Assembly: GCA_951813565.1 (NCBI GenBank)
Contig: OX638351.1
Location: forward strand, 3,040,001 to 3,104,000
Reading direction: 5' to 3'
Source of the DNA: an uncultured Poribacteria bacterium
GTDB lineage: Bacteria > Poribacteria > WGA-4E > WGA-3G
DNA length: 64,000 nucleotides
Below are positions 31,367 through 41,304 of the stretch, piece after piece. The first letter of the stretch is position 1; each line of letters opens with the position of its first letter. A model generated the notes under the pieces. The model ran no database searches. It had not been told where the DNA came from and saw only the letters and a program-made list of their open reading frames with translations. Both the position numbers and the translations under genes were made by a program.

Positions 31367-32476
31367 GTGAGTACAAAAAAGAAAAACTTAAGACCGAAAC
31401 CCGGTATTGAAACCATCAAGGCATATCAGGGTGGTAAACCGATTGAAGAGGTCAAACGTGAACTTGGCATCTCTGATATTATCAAGTTGGCATCAAATGA
31501 AAATCCACTCGGTCCTTCACCGTTAGCGATGCAAGCAATTCAAGACAGTGCCAAGCAGGCGCATTTTTATCCTGATGGAAATGCATACTATCTCAAAGCA
31601 GATTTAGCCAAACATCTTGGTGTTACTGAAGAACACCTGATTTTAACAAACGGTTCAAACGAGGTGCTGCAACTCGTCGGTGAAACCTATCTCGGTCCTG
31701 GTGATGAAGTAATCTATGCAGAAGGTGCATTTGTTGTCTATAAACTTGTTACTACAGTCTGTGGGGCAACCTCAGTTGTTGTGCCGATGCAGAACAATAC
31801 ACACCATCTGCCATCAATAGCAGCGGCAATCACTGATAAAACAAAAGCCATTTTCATCGCAAATCCGAATAATCCAACGGGGACAATGGTTACGGCTGCA
31901 GAAACAGCACAATTTATGGCGCAAGTGCCAGAAAATGTATTAGTTATCTTTGACGAAGCGTATTATGAATATGTCACACATCCCGACTATCCACAGACAT
32001 TGCCTTACGTCATGGAAGAACGCAACTTCATTATCACACGAACATTTTCAAAAATCTATGGTCTGGCGGGTTTGCGAATTGGTTATGGCATCGCGCCTCC
32101 CTCCATCATTGCAACGATGAATACTGTCCGTCAACCATTTAACTGTAATGCGGTAGCACAAGCAGCAGCACGTGCAGCACTCAAAGATACTGAGTACGTC
32201 AAGAAAAGCCAAGAGTTAAACGCAGCTGGTAAGGTTTTCCTCTACACAGCATTTGACAAGTTAGGTCTTCGCTATATCAAAACTGAAGGGAATTTTATCA
32301 TGGTTTTTGTCAATCAACCTGGTGCTGATTTAGCGGATGCCATGATGAAAAAAGGGGTTATCGTACGGGCAATGGTCAGTTACGGTTATCCTGACGCAAT
32401 TCGGGTTACAATCGGCAAGCAGGAGGAAAATGAACGTTTCCTTGAGGCACTTACAGCACTTGTCCGAGCAAGGTAA
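31367..32476 (+). CDS. hisC: Histidinol-phosphate aminotransferase
   Basis: KLASNENP, NPNNPTG, DEAYYE, RTFSKIYGLAGLRIGY. Confidence 0.92.
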   Translation: MSTKKKNLRPKPGIETIKAYQGGKPIEEVKRELGISDIIKLASNENPLGPSPLAMQAIQDSAKQAHFYPDGNAYYLKADLAKHLGVTEEHLILTNGSNEVLQLVGETYLGPGDEVIYAEGAFVVYKLVTTVCGATSVVVPMQNNTHHLPSIAAAITDKTKAIFIANPNNPTGTMVTAAETAQFMAQVPENVLVIFDEAYYEYVTHPDYPQTLPYVMEERNFIITRTFSKIYGLAGLRIGYGIAPPSIIATMNTVRQPFNCNAVAQAAARAALKDTEYVKKSQELNAAGKVFLYTAFDKLGLRYIKTEGNFIMVFVNQPGADLADAMMKKGVIVRAMVSYGYPDAIRVTIGKQEENERFLEALTALVRAR

Positions 32477-32536
32477 GTTTATGTGTGGTTTTAGAATGAA
32501 CAGTTTCTGATTTTTGTGGAAAAAAGGCTTCAGGGA

Positions 32537-32545
32537 TGGTATACT
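32537..32545 (+). promoter_or_regulatory. Candidate extended -10 promoter of the cas operon
   Basis: TG-G-TATACT about 95 bp upstream of GTG 32640. Confidence 0.35.
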
Positions 32546-32639
32546 TTAAAATAATTTGAAATTATCACATTGGTTCTATATTCTTCCAACTAATTGTTAA
32601 CGCACTATCAACCAATCAAATCTAACAAGGAACATCAGG

Positions 32640-34937
32640 GTGACATCATTCAACTTTGGACCCATAGCGAGAACTTCAGCAGGTGACACACACGATACTA
32701 TTAATCTTGCCTCATTTCCGCTTCATGTCATGCTCAATGCATTGGTTGGCTCAACGAGTGTTGAGGAGTTTATTGCCTGGCTCTGGCACGATCTGTACAA
32801 ACCGGCTTTTTATTGGAAAAGGGGAGGTTGGTATCACGTCCCAGGTTTCGGGGTTTTTACTAAGGGTGAGGCTGTATTCGCAAACCTTACAAAAATACCT
32901 ATTGGATTAGTGAGTTCTCATCATCCAAAATTAGTGGGACCTTACCATCCACTATGGGACCGGAAGACTAAAAGGCTAGTGGATCCATCTACAAAGCTGC
33001 CTTGTCCTAAGTTCAAGTTGCTTGAATCCGATTTCATTTCAGACCAGAGTGACCAAGTAAACCTTGGTGCCACCGTTAACTACATTCAATTGAGTTTTGC
33101 CGCTGAACCAGCACTGCCCACGCTGTTAACTCGTTCAGTTATTGCCGATGCTTTTATTGAGGTAGTGACAAAAGATGTAGCCGAAGCATTAAAACAGGCA
33201 TTTATTGATGATGGACGCGTGCCAATTGAACGAGTCCAATTCAAATTTGATACTAAGGCAAATATAACTTTTTCTTCACCGCCAACTAACTCTGAAATCT
33301 GGGACAAAATTGGAAAACATTTTGATGTTTACATGGATGGCAACACGTTTGTCATGCGTCATCTCACACCTGTTACCGCATCCAAATATGAATCTTTTGA
33401 TATAACATTTACTGCAGATCTAACAGGAAAATCACTGCTACCTAATGAAATGTTGGATAACAGTGTGTCATTGTCAGAACTGTTGGTGGTATATCAAGAC
33501 AACCGGACAGTAATAATTGCAGTTCCGCAGTCTCAAATTTATTCCGATGACTTATCAAAAAAGATTCAGGAGATTCAGGAAATGACACTTGAAACAAGTC
33601 GTCATCGACTTGAACAAGATTTTAACATATTAACACAAAAAGATGGTGTTGATTATCTTAAAACTGCTTTTGATAACCAGATTGAAATACGTAAAGTTCC
33701 CGGACGCTTAGGTAAACGTCCGTTAAATGATGCCATCCAGCGTCCTGTGGAAATGCTTTCCAATATCAGAAATTCGTCAAATAAGAAAGTCTGCCGTTTG
33801 ACTGGTACTCCGTTTGTTTCAACTCTACCTCCTGCCCCAACAACACTAGACAAGTTGTTTTCAAGCAAGTTTGTTGACACGGAATTTGTTGGTTTTGAAG
33901 AAGATGTTGCCCCATTAACGCATTTATATGTGATCAACTCACCAGAAGCCAAGAAAGGCATTTCCGCTCGAAAGTCACTTCGCGGATCCTTTGCTTTTTT
34001 CGCGCCAGCTTCACACTTTGCTGCAGATGATCAAGAATTGGAAGCAATCGAACAACCACCATTGGATATAGGTGGTCGTTTTCGCAATGAACTCAACCGT
34101 ATTACAGTTACAACTCAGGAATTCACACTTTTTCAACAAATGTCACGGCGTGTAATTGTGAAACTTTGGCAGCAACTCGTCCCAGATGAACGCCTTCCAC
34201 TGCCATATCTTGGTGCTATTGCTTTGACTCACGAATCAAATGATCGTATTCGTAGTCTATTACCACATCTTGACTTTATTTTTTCAGATATTACATTAAA
34301 AGCCTATCCATTTGAGTCAAAGGTGTCACCCGCGATAGAGATTGCCCTTGGATCCACTATAAAACCTGACCGATCTGCACATCAAAAACATACACTGCTT
34401 AAGATGGCACCTCATATCACTACAGTAAATGCCGAATCAACCATACCTATATTGATTGATGACAAGGTGCAAGTAAGTTTGACAAAAGCATTTTTTGAAA
34501 GAGAAAAACTTTTAACAAAGGTCACGAATGAACTCAAACGTTTTAAAAAAGGAGTGAACCAGAAAAACCTATGGCTGAAACTGGTACTTTCTAATAACGA
34601 TCCCGTTACAGCTGTTCTTGATAGTTCTGCAGCAACAATCAATGTAGGACGACTCCCAAAAAATTCAACATTAGAGGATATAGCGTTTAAAGACGCAGAA
34701 AATTTCTGGGACAGACATATTAATATGGGTGATTTTGCCGATAGTTGGAAACAATATGAGGAGTTAAGACATAATGCAGCAAACGCTCTTGAGGAATTTC
34801 CTGCACTCCTGCTACTTTTGCAAGCTCTTCAAAAACAAAAGGAAGTCCCGCAAAAACAGACAAAAGCTGAGAAGAACAAGACAAGTGTACCTCAACAACT
34901 TGATTTATTTTCACCACAAAACACGGATGAAATTTAG
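32640..34937 (+). CDS. Putative CRISPR effector large subunit with N-terminal HD nuclease domain (Cas10-like, type IV-C-like)
   Basis: Ordered HD-type residues LHVM, WHDLYK, WYH, SSHH, ESD; first gene of the csf2/csf3 operon; RBS AAGGA; no GGDD. Confidence 0.65.
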   Translation: MTSFNFGPIARTSAGDTHDTINLASFPLHVMLNALVGSTSVEEFIAWLWHDLYKPAFYWKRGGWYHVPGFGVFTKGEAVFANLTKIPIGLVSSHHPKLVGPYHPLWDRKTKRLVDPSTKLPCPKFKLLESDFISDQSDQVNLGATVNYIQLSFAAEPALPTLLTRSVIADAFIEVVTKDVAEALKQAFIDDGRVPIERVQFKFDTKANITFSSPPTNSEIWDKIGKHFDVYMDGNTFVMRHLTPVTASKYESFDITFTADLTGKSLLPNEMLDNSVSLSELLVVYQDNRTVIIAVPQSQIYSDDLSKKIQEIQEMTLETSRHRLEQDFNILTQKDGVDYLKTAFDNQIEIRKVPGRLGKRPLNDAIQRPVEMLSNIRNSSNKKVCRLTGTPFVSTLPPAPTTLDKLFSSKFVDTEFVGFEEDVAPLTHLYVINSPEAKKGISARKSLRGSFAFFAPASHFAADDQELEAIEQPPLDIGGRFRNELNRITVTTQEFTLFQQMSRRVIVKLWQQLVPDERLPLPYLGAIALTHESNDRIRSLLPHLDFIFSDITLKAYPFESKVSPAIEIALGSTIKPDRSAHQKHTLLKMAPHITTVNAESTIPILIDDKVQVSLTKAFFEREKLLTKVTNELKRFKKGVNQKNLWLKLVLSNNDPVTAVLDSSAATINVGRLPKNSTLEDIAFKDAENFWDRHINMGDFADSWKQYEELRHNAANALEEFPALLLLLQALQKQKEVPQKQTKAEKNKTSVPQQLDLFSPQNTDEI

Positions 34938-34949
34938 GAGAATTCGCCC

Positions 34950-35420
34950 ATGACGCAACAAAACAAGCCAAAGACTTTAGAGGAGACATTAACTGACGCA
35001 CTACAAGCAACTGGGAAACTTGATTTAGATGAATCTGTCAAGTTGGCAGTTCAAACGCTCCTTCTGATGCGAGGTCCGCTTGACCCAAAATTATTTAAGC
35101 GTAAGGATATGTTTAACCCATATCCCGTACTTGTCAAGTATATTCGTGCCTCTAATGCAGATACACTTGGAAGTTTGGTAAATGATGTGCAGTTAGCTAT
35201 TTCCCCCAATTTCATTACATTACGGAGTCTTGGGGAAGTAACTGAAGCAATCTATCAGTCTAAAACGGAACACATTGATGAAGCATTGAGACTTTTGAAA
35301 GAAGAGACAACACCATTGGTAATGCTCATGAAAAAAATCTATCAAGACGCACGGGGAGGAATTGATGAGGCAGATGAAGCCCAACTCCTACTTGAAGGTG
35401 CAAGTGAAGGAGAAGCATAA
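34950..35420 (+). CDS. Putative small subunit (Cas11-like)
   Basis: 156-aa, apparently helical protein between large subunit and cas7; RBS AGGAG; positional call. Confidence 0.55.
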   Translation: MTQQNKPKTLEETLTDALQATGKLDLDESVKLAVQTLLLMRGPLDPKLFKRKDMFNPYPVLVKYIRASNADTLGSLVNDVQLAISPNFITLRSLGEVTEAIYQSKTEHIDEALRLLKEETTPLVMLMKKIYQDARGGIDEADEAQLLLEGASEGEA

Positions 35421-35421
35421 C

Positions 35422-36402
35422 ATGAAACAAACTAATCACACTCTTGTTGATGTAAAGTTAACATTTGCATACCTTGCCGAACAGCCGATTATTCACACAG
35501 AAGAGACTATTGGAAATATTAGTAAACTCAAACAAATGCGCGTCATTTACAAAGGAAAGCCTGTGTCTGTTCCTGCATTGTCTGGTAACAGTTTTCGAGG
35601 TCAACTACGTGACATTCTTGCCGACGCACTCTGTTCGCGCCTTAGTAATCAGGGAAAACAACTACTCAGATTCGATGATAACGATGTCTACACAATCTTG
35701 TATAGCGGTGGTGCACTCTCCGATAAGAGCAAAGCGGGTAATCTGATCTATGATTTTGCTAATCATCTACCTTCAATGCGGTTGATGGGTTCTGCATTTG
35801 GTAACGTGATGCTTCCTTCTAAATTAGCGATGACACATATTGTGCCTTGTGCTGAGGAGACACAGGAAATAATGCAAGGGATGTATGAGTCACTTGATAT
35901 GAGTATTATTCCACCAATGAATGAATGGACAAATGCAAGGAATCTAATCTTTAATGACGGTCCACTCACACGTAAGGATGATAGCAAGGATCTTACGCGA
36001 CAGCGATTCGTTGATCTTGAATCCCAAACGGATGGAACTTCTGCTACGGAAAATCAAGACCCCCAACAGATGATTTACTATGTTGAATGTATTCCTGCAG
36101 GAACTTGGTTATTGCAGCAATTCTACTCTAAATATCCGGTTGATCAGTTAGAACTCGGTTGCTTATTTGATGGGTTGTCAACTTTTCTACAACAACCTAC
36201 AATCGGGGGTAGAAGTGCAGCCGGATATGGACAAGTCCGGACTCAATTTCAAGGATTGGTTGGATCAGAACAAGTGAATTATCCGGGAGATTTTCCGGAA
36301 ACCGTCAAAGATGCGGTTTGTGCCTACCAAAATTATCTAACAGAAAAACGAGATGATATTCTCAAAGTATTAACCGTTCAGACTGAAGAGATAAACGAAT
36401 GA
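35422..36402 (+). CDS. csf2: Type IV Cas7-family backbone protein
   Basis: PIIH, VPALSGNSFRGQLRD, LYSGGAL, LMGSAFGN, QMIYYVECIPAGT, G-rich loop IGGRSAAGYG; ATG 35422 follows AAGGAG. Confidence 0.85.
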   Translation: MKQTNHTLVDVKLTFAYLAEQPIIHTEETIGNISKLKQMRVIYKGKPVSVPALSGNSFRGQLRDILADALCSRLSNQGKQLLRFDDNDVYTILYSGGALSDKSKAGNLIYDFANHLPSMRLMGSAFGNVMLPSKLAMTHIVPCAEETQEIMQGMYESLDMSIIPPMNEWTNARNLIFNDGPLTRKDDSKDLTRQRFVDLESQTDGTSATENQDPQQMIYYVECIPAGTWLLQQFYSKYPVDQLELGCLFDGLSTFLQQPTIGGRSAAGYGQVRTQFQGLVGSEQVNYPGDFPETVKDAVCAYQNYLTEKRDDILKVLTVQTEEINE

Positions 36403-37421
36403 CATTGCGCCGCTCTAATTCAGTGTTACAACCTGACCTGTTAATTAAGCAATTACTCGAAGATGCACAGTACCAATTCGGGGTAAAGACAGGAAAGGAA
36501 ATATATGAACTCCGATTAAATTTAGCAACATCTGCTGTTACTACTGCTGAAAAGTCAAATGCACCTGTCATCGGACTTCCTACGCTTGATGGATTTCTAA
36601 GTTATGTCGCCTTCCGAGCTGCACTTGGTAACGCTTTGAATGCAAACCCCGAACTTTCGAAACAGTTATTGTGGCAATGGAATTTAGCGTTACGTCACCA
36701 GGAGATGTGGATAGACTTTGAATTGCCGTTAAGCAAAATTCCGTTGACTGGATTAAAACCACTTTATGATTGTTCGGTAGGTTTACCCGTTGATGTCAAC
36801 GGTGATGTCCTCATACCTGTTGGGGCATTTTTCACTTCCAATAGTCAGCAATTTAAGGTATATCCTGAAGTTGTAGATTCTATTCCATTACGACGAAGAG
36901 TAAGTGAACCATTTGGTCGTCCGATTCGTCTGAAGAGTACGCTAAATACAGGTGGTGGCTCAACGAAAGCACTTGACAATCGCCTTTATTTTCCACTCAC
37001 TAAAAGTTACGTCTTTTTCTTTCGCGGTGATAAAAGCGGTGTTAAAAAGTTGTTAGATTTCGCACTCAAGGAACAGATTGGACTTGGTAAGAAAACTACA
37101 TTAGGATATGGTCAACTCGCTTCCTTTGAAATTAGACAACGTCCTGACGTAAAAGGCACTTGGGCAAAACCAGTGTCTGGACCGCTATATAGCAATGACA
37201 GGTTAGCGTTGATTAAAGACTTACCCTACGACCGCGTTTTCGCACGAAGAGACATAACAGACATAACGGACACACATAACCAAGAACTTTTCGGTTGTGA
37301 GAAATTTGCATTAGTTGCAACAATTGAGACTTTTGGTGCATATTGTCCACCCTATTGGTTGCCAACACAACGGACTCAGATTGTTCGTTACGGCTCAATT
37401 ATTCAAATCCGAAATACATAA
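36399..37421 (+). CDS. csf3: Type IV Cas5-family RAMP
   Basis: PTLDGFLSY, FFFRGD, G-rich loop GLGKKTTLGYG, C-terminal PPYW; ATGA overlap with csf2. Confidence 0.78.
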   Translation: MTLRRSNSVLQPDLLIKQLLEDAQYQFGVKTGKEIYELRLNLATSAVTTAEKSNAPVIGLPTLDGFLSYVAFRAALGNALNANPELSKQLLWQWNLALRHQEMWIDFELPLSKIPLTGLKPLYDCSVGLPVDVNGDVLIPVGAFFTSNSQQFKVYPEVVDSIPLRRRVSEPFGRPIRLKSTLNTGGGSTKALDNRLYFPLTKSYVFFFRGDKSGVKKLLDFALKEQIGLGKKTTLGYGQLASFEIRQRPDVKGTWAKPVSGPLYSNDRLALIKDLPYDRVFARRDITDITDTHNQELFGCEKFALVATIETFGAYCPPYWLPTQRTQIVRYGSIIQIRNT

Positions 37422-37504
37422 CACAAACAATTTAAAGATTTAAATTAAATACAATCCGTACAAAAACTTTTTAACTGAAAACCGACTACTGATAACCAAT
37501 AAAT

Positions 37505-38617
37505 ATGAAAGAACTTATTCAGATTGATAATCGGAAACCGACACGAAAAATACAAGTCGGCGCTGTGTGGATTGGCGGTGGTAGTCCCATCTCTATTCAG
37601 ACGATGACCACCACGTTGACACACGACATCAATGCTACGTTAGCACAAGTTGAACGGTGCGCGGAAGCAGGCGCGCAGATTGTCCGAGTCGCAGTGCCAG
37701 AAGAAAAAGACGCGAAAGCACTTAGTGAATTAGTCCAACGTTCTCCAGTGCCAATTGTGTCTGATATTCATTTTAACTATAGATACGCGCTTGCCGCAGT
37801 GGATGCTGGTGTCGCAAAGGTACGCATCAATCCGGGCAACATAGGGAACGAAGAACGAATTGCACAGGTTTTGTCCGCTGCGAAAGCCGCAAATATCCCG
37901 ATTCGTATCGGTGTTAATGAGGGATCACTTGAAAAAGACCTATTGGAAAAATACCCGTCTCCCACTGCAGAGGCGTTGGTAGAAAGTGCGATGCGACATG
38001 TCAATATCTGTGAAGAACACGATTTTACAGATATTGCTATCTCTGTGAAATCCAGCGATCCGCTTCGGATGATAGAGGCGAATCGGTTGCTTTCAGCGAA
38101 GGTTCGCTACCCGTTGCATCTTGGCGTGACAGAAGCTGGTACACCCCGGCGCGCACATGTTAAATCTACACTTGGCATTGGCACACTGTTATTAGAAGGC
38201 ATTGGGGATACGATTCGCATCTCTATCACAGGTGATCCGGTCGAAGAGGTCCTGACCGCCAAAGAACTCCTGCGTGCCCTTGGTATGGCTGAAGATATAT
38301 TAGATGTTATCTCTTGTCCGTTCTGTGGGCGTGGCGACCCTGCTGCTGATTACGAAAACATAGTTACTGTAGCAGAGGAACTTTTGGAAAAACACGGTAT
38401 CAAAATCCCTGTAGCAGTGATGGGGTGTGAAGTTAATGGACCTGGTGAGACGCGTAACGCTGAGGTGGGAATCCATTTGGGTGGGAAGGAGCTTGCCGTT
38501 CTAAAGATTCGTGGTGAACGGGTCCGCACCTTCCGCGGAAAAGACGAGGTAAACCCAGAGTTTTTAGCAAATGCATTATTAGAAGCAGCGCTACAGTGGC
38601 AAGCATCGGATACATAA
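37505..38617 (+). CDS. ispG: 4-hydroxy-3-methylbut-2-en-1-yl diphosphate synthase
   Basis: DIHF, RINPGNIG, PLHLGVTEAG, GIGDTIRIS, SCPFCGR, VMGCEVNGPGE. Confidence 0.95.
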   Translation: MKELIQIDNRKPTRKIQVGAVWIGGGSPISIQTMTTTLTHDINATLAQVERCAEAGAQIVRVAVPEEKDAKALSELVQRSPVPIVSDIHFNYRYALAAVDAGVAKVRINPGNIGNEERIAQVLSAAKAANIPIRIGVNEGSLEKDLLEKYPSPTAEALVESAMRHVNICEEHDFTDIAISVKSSDPLRMIEANRLLSAKVRYPLHLGVTEAGTPRRAHVKSTLGIGTLLLEGIGDTIRISITGDPVEEVLTAKELLRALGMAEDILDVISCPFCGRGDPAADYENIVTVAEELLEKHGIKIPVAVMGCEVNGPGETRNAEVGIHLGGKELAVLKIRGERVRTFRGKDEVNPEFLANALLEAALQWQASDT

Positions 38618-38669
38618 ACTTTTTTGGGCAGGTGTTCAATCCCGCCTTTTCTTGTAACATTAAGCAAAA

Positions 38670-40178
38670 ATGCATTTTCTCCAAAAAGCGGTCCGATCCA
38701 TTGTTGCACAAGTTTGTGCTATCGCGTTATTTTTCTGGTTATACCACATACTTGTGGTATATATCATGCGCGAGACAGGACTTGACCTTGGCGCGCTCAA
38801 CTATAGCAGACATTTTATCCCACTTTATGCTGTCCCTCAGCTCGATCTAAGTTGGTGGATTTTTCCTGCACTTGTTGTATGTATCGGGTTCTTGTATTTC
38901 TGCTATAAATACCTCCTTCCAAATACCCTTAATCCACGGCGCCTAATCGGTATAGCGATTGTCTGTTTTCTTGCTATCAATATCAGTGTGGCACAAATTG
39001 ATGGGTTCCGAGAATTAGGTACTGAAGACGATCCTAATCAGATTTTAGCAATGTTAGAACCCTACACCCGATCAGGGCTGGAATACTATGGCGACGTGCC
39101 GCGTATTCATGAATTGGGTCTCCGTGCATTTTTGCGAGATTTCAGCAAACCAGAGTTATTCAATACGCTCTCTGGGCACACGCGAACACATCCACCAGGG
39201 GGTGTGGTTTTCTTATGGCTTGTAAGCAAAATCTTTGGTTACAATCTCGTATCGGCATCGTTGGCATCAGTTCTCTTTACTGCACTCACGGTGATACCCT
39301 TCTATAAACTTGCGGAACGTCTTTACGACGAAAAGGTTGCGCTTTATGCGCTGCTGCTTTTCCTTATCACGCCAAACTTCGTGATGTTTACGACAACGTC
39401 TATGGACGGTCCCTTTAGCGTATTCCCAATTCTCAGTCTCTACCTTTTTTATGAAGCGAGAGAAAGAGAAACTGCACCGGACATGACGTTGGGCACATTC
39501 CGTCCCCACAGTTTATTAACAGGTATTTCCCTTGCACTCGGTATGTTTATGACTTATGCAACGGTGGTTGTTGGCGTTTTCTTGTGCGTAATCGCATTGT
39601 TGGAACGAAAAAGGGTTGTGCAGTACTTGAAGGTCTTAGCCTTTGCAGCAACAGGTTTTATCGGATTCTACTTACTGCTTTTTGTACTAACAGGTTTCGA
39701 ACCCATTGAGGCACTCTGGGCAGCGATCAAAAAAGATGAAGCAAGCATGCGAAAAGGTTATGAAAGCATTGACCGTTATTTTCATCTGAGTTTCGCGAAT
39801 CTCTTCGCTTTCCTGATTGGTGTAGGTATCCCAATTACAATAGTCTGGCTACGTCAACTGATATCGGCAGTTAAAGAATGGAAACTGAACAGCGCGTCAC
39901 CCGAACTGGAAAACAATCAGATTCATATTCCATGGATTTTCAACCCTGAAAAATCAGATACTTTCATCATTGGCTTCCTAATAACGCTTCTCTTTTTCAC
40001 ATTTTCCACCTTGTTTACGATGGAGGTAGAACGTATCTGGATCTTCATGGTGCCGTTTTTCGTTATACCCGTTGCCAAATACCTTACGACGCGACCGCGT
40101 TCAGATTTGTATTGGGTTGCGGGCATGCTCGTTGTGCAACTCATTATATCGGAAGTTTTGCTCTATACGTATTGGTAG
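38670..40178 (+). CDS. GT-C fold (PMT/family 39-like) membrane glycosyltransferase
   Basis: Multi-TM protein with THPPG loop and EVERIW motif. Confidence 0.6.
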   Translation: MHFLQKAVRSIVAQVCAIALFFWLYHILVVYIMRETGLDLGALNYSRHFIPLYAVPQLDLSWWIFPALVVCIGFLYFCYKYLLPNTLNPRRLIGIAIVCFLAINISVAQIDGFRELGTEDDPNQILAMLEPYTRSGLEYYGDVPRIHELGLRAFLRDFSKPELFNTLSGHTRTHPPGGVVFLWLVSKIFGYNLVSASLASVLFTALTVIPFYKLAERLYDEKVALYALLLFLITPNFVMFTTTSMDGPFSVFPILSLYLFYEARERETAPDMTLGTFRPHSLLTGISLALGMFMTYATVVVGVFLCVIALLERKRVVQYLKVLAFAATGFIGFYLLLFVLTGFEPIEALWAAIKKDEASMRKGYESIDRYFHLSFANLFAFLIGVGIPITIVWLRQLISAVKEWKLNSASPELENNQIHIPWIFNPEKSDTFIIGFLITLLFFTFSTLFTMEVERIWIFMVPFFVIPVAKYLTTRPRSDLYWVAGMLVVQLIISEVLLYTYW

Positions 40179-40209
40179 TGAATCACCCATAAATTGAGAA
40201 ATAGATCAA

Positions 40210-41304
40210 ATGCGAATTCTCTATGTCATTGACTCTATGACAAAAGACGGTGCCGAGTCGCAATTACTCAAGACGTTAACACATTTCGCACCTGACCAAT
40301 ATGAAGTTTTTGTTGTGCTAAGCCGCGCGGAAGGAGAACGTATTGCAGAACTTGCCGCTCTGCCTTGCGTTAGAGATGTAACGACACTCGCAGGTGAAAA
40401 CAAACGGGTAAGATTAATTGAAAAAGCCTTCACACTTGGCGGTATTATTAAGGCAGTTAAACCGGATATCGTTCATAGCTGGTTGTGGTATTCTAATTTC
40501 CTCTGTGGTATTTCCCGTAGATTCGGTTTATGGCGAAAGATTCCATTTATTGCCTCACAGCGCGGTGATTATCACGCGAGATATAGCAAATTTCGGCTCT
40601 GGCTTACAGAAAAACTGATTTACAGTCCTGCGGATTGCCTGTTAACGAATTCAGAACAGATACAACGTCGCCTCCACCAGTTGTATCCAAATAAAAAGAT
40701 TTTCAGCATTCCCAATTTGTTGGAATTACCTACAGAAGTATGGACTCATAAACAAAGAGATGCTGCTGAAGAGAAGTTAATTGTGAGTGTCGGACGATTC
40801 GCATCAGAAAAAGGGCACCGTTATCTGATAGAGGCGTTAAGTTTACTGAATCGCAAGGATGTGAAGTGGCGATGCACATTCCTCGGTGAAGGTGAATTAG
40901 AGTCAGAACTCCGCGCAATCACCGCAAAGCATAACCTGTCGGATAAGGTGATGTTTCCTGGATTTTGTGAAGATGTCTTTTCTACGCTTTTAAAAGCAGA
41001 TGTCTTTGTGCTTCCTTCGCTACATGAAGGTTCACCAAATGCTTTGATTGAGGCAATGGGTGTTGGCATGCCATGCATCGCATCAGATGTGGGGGGCATT
41101 AGAGACCTTATTGAAAATGAGAGAAACGGCATCCGAATTCCGCCGCAGGATTCGGGCGAATTAGCAGATGCATTGCATCGCATGCTGACAGAGCCTAAGT
41201 TTGCAGGAGAATTAGGTAGAAATGCGCGTGCAACTATTCAACAAAAGTTTAATAGCGTAGAATCTATCCGAAAATTAGATGAGATTTATCAAAGTTTCTT
41301 ATAG
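40210..41304 (+). CDS. Glycosyltransferase family 4
   Basis: GAESQL, VGRF..EKG, FVLPSLHEGSPNALIEAM. Confidence 0.9.
   Translation: MRILYVIDSMTKDGAESQLLKTLTHFAPDQYEVFVVLSRAEGERIAELAALPCVRDVTTLAGENKRVRLIEKAFTLGGIIKAVKPDIVHSWLWYSNFLCGISRRFGLWRKIPFIASQRGDYHARYSKFRLWLTEKLIYSPADCLLTNSEQIQRRLHQLYPNKKIFSIPNLLELPTEVWTHKQRDAAEEKLIVSVGRFASEKGHRYLIEALSLLNRKDVKWRCTFLGEGELESELRAITAKHNLSDKVMFPGFCEDVFSTLLKADVFVLPSLHEGSPNALIEAMGVGMPCIASDVGGIRDLIENERNGIRIPPQDSGELADALHRMLTEPKFAGELGRNARATIQQKFNSVESIRKLDEIYQSFL

Noticed and set aside
35362..35421. Longer start for csf2
   Set aside because: Overlaps the upstream gene; ATG 35422 has a proper AAGGAG RBS
32640..37421. Assignment to type IV-A, IV-B, I-D or III
   Set aside because: No dinG, cysH, cas3 or GGDD; the large subunit is much longer than Csf1 and has an HD signature; the Cas7 and Cas5 motifs look Csf-type
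37429..37446. Palindrome AATTTAAA-GA-TTTAAATT after csf3 as a guide or repeat remnant
   Set aside because: AT-only arms, single copy, plausible by chance in AT-rich intergenic DNA
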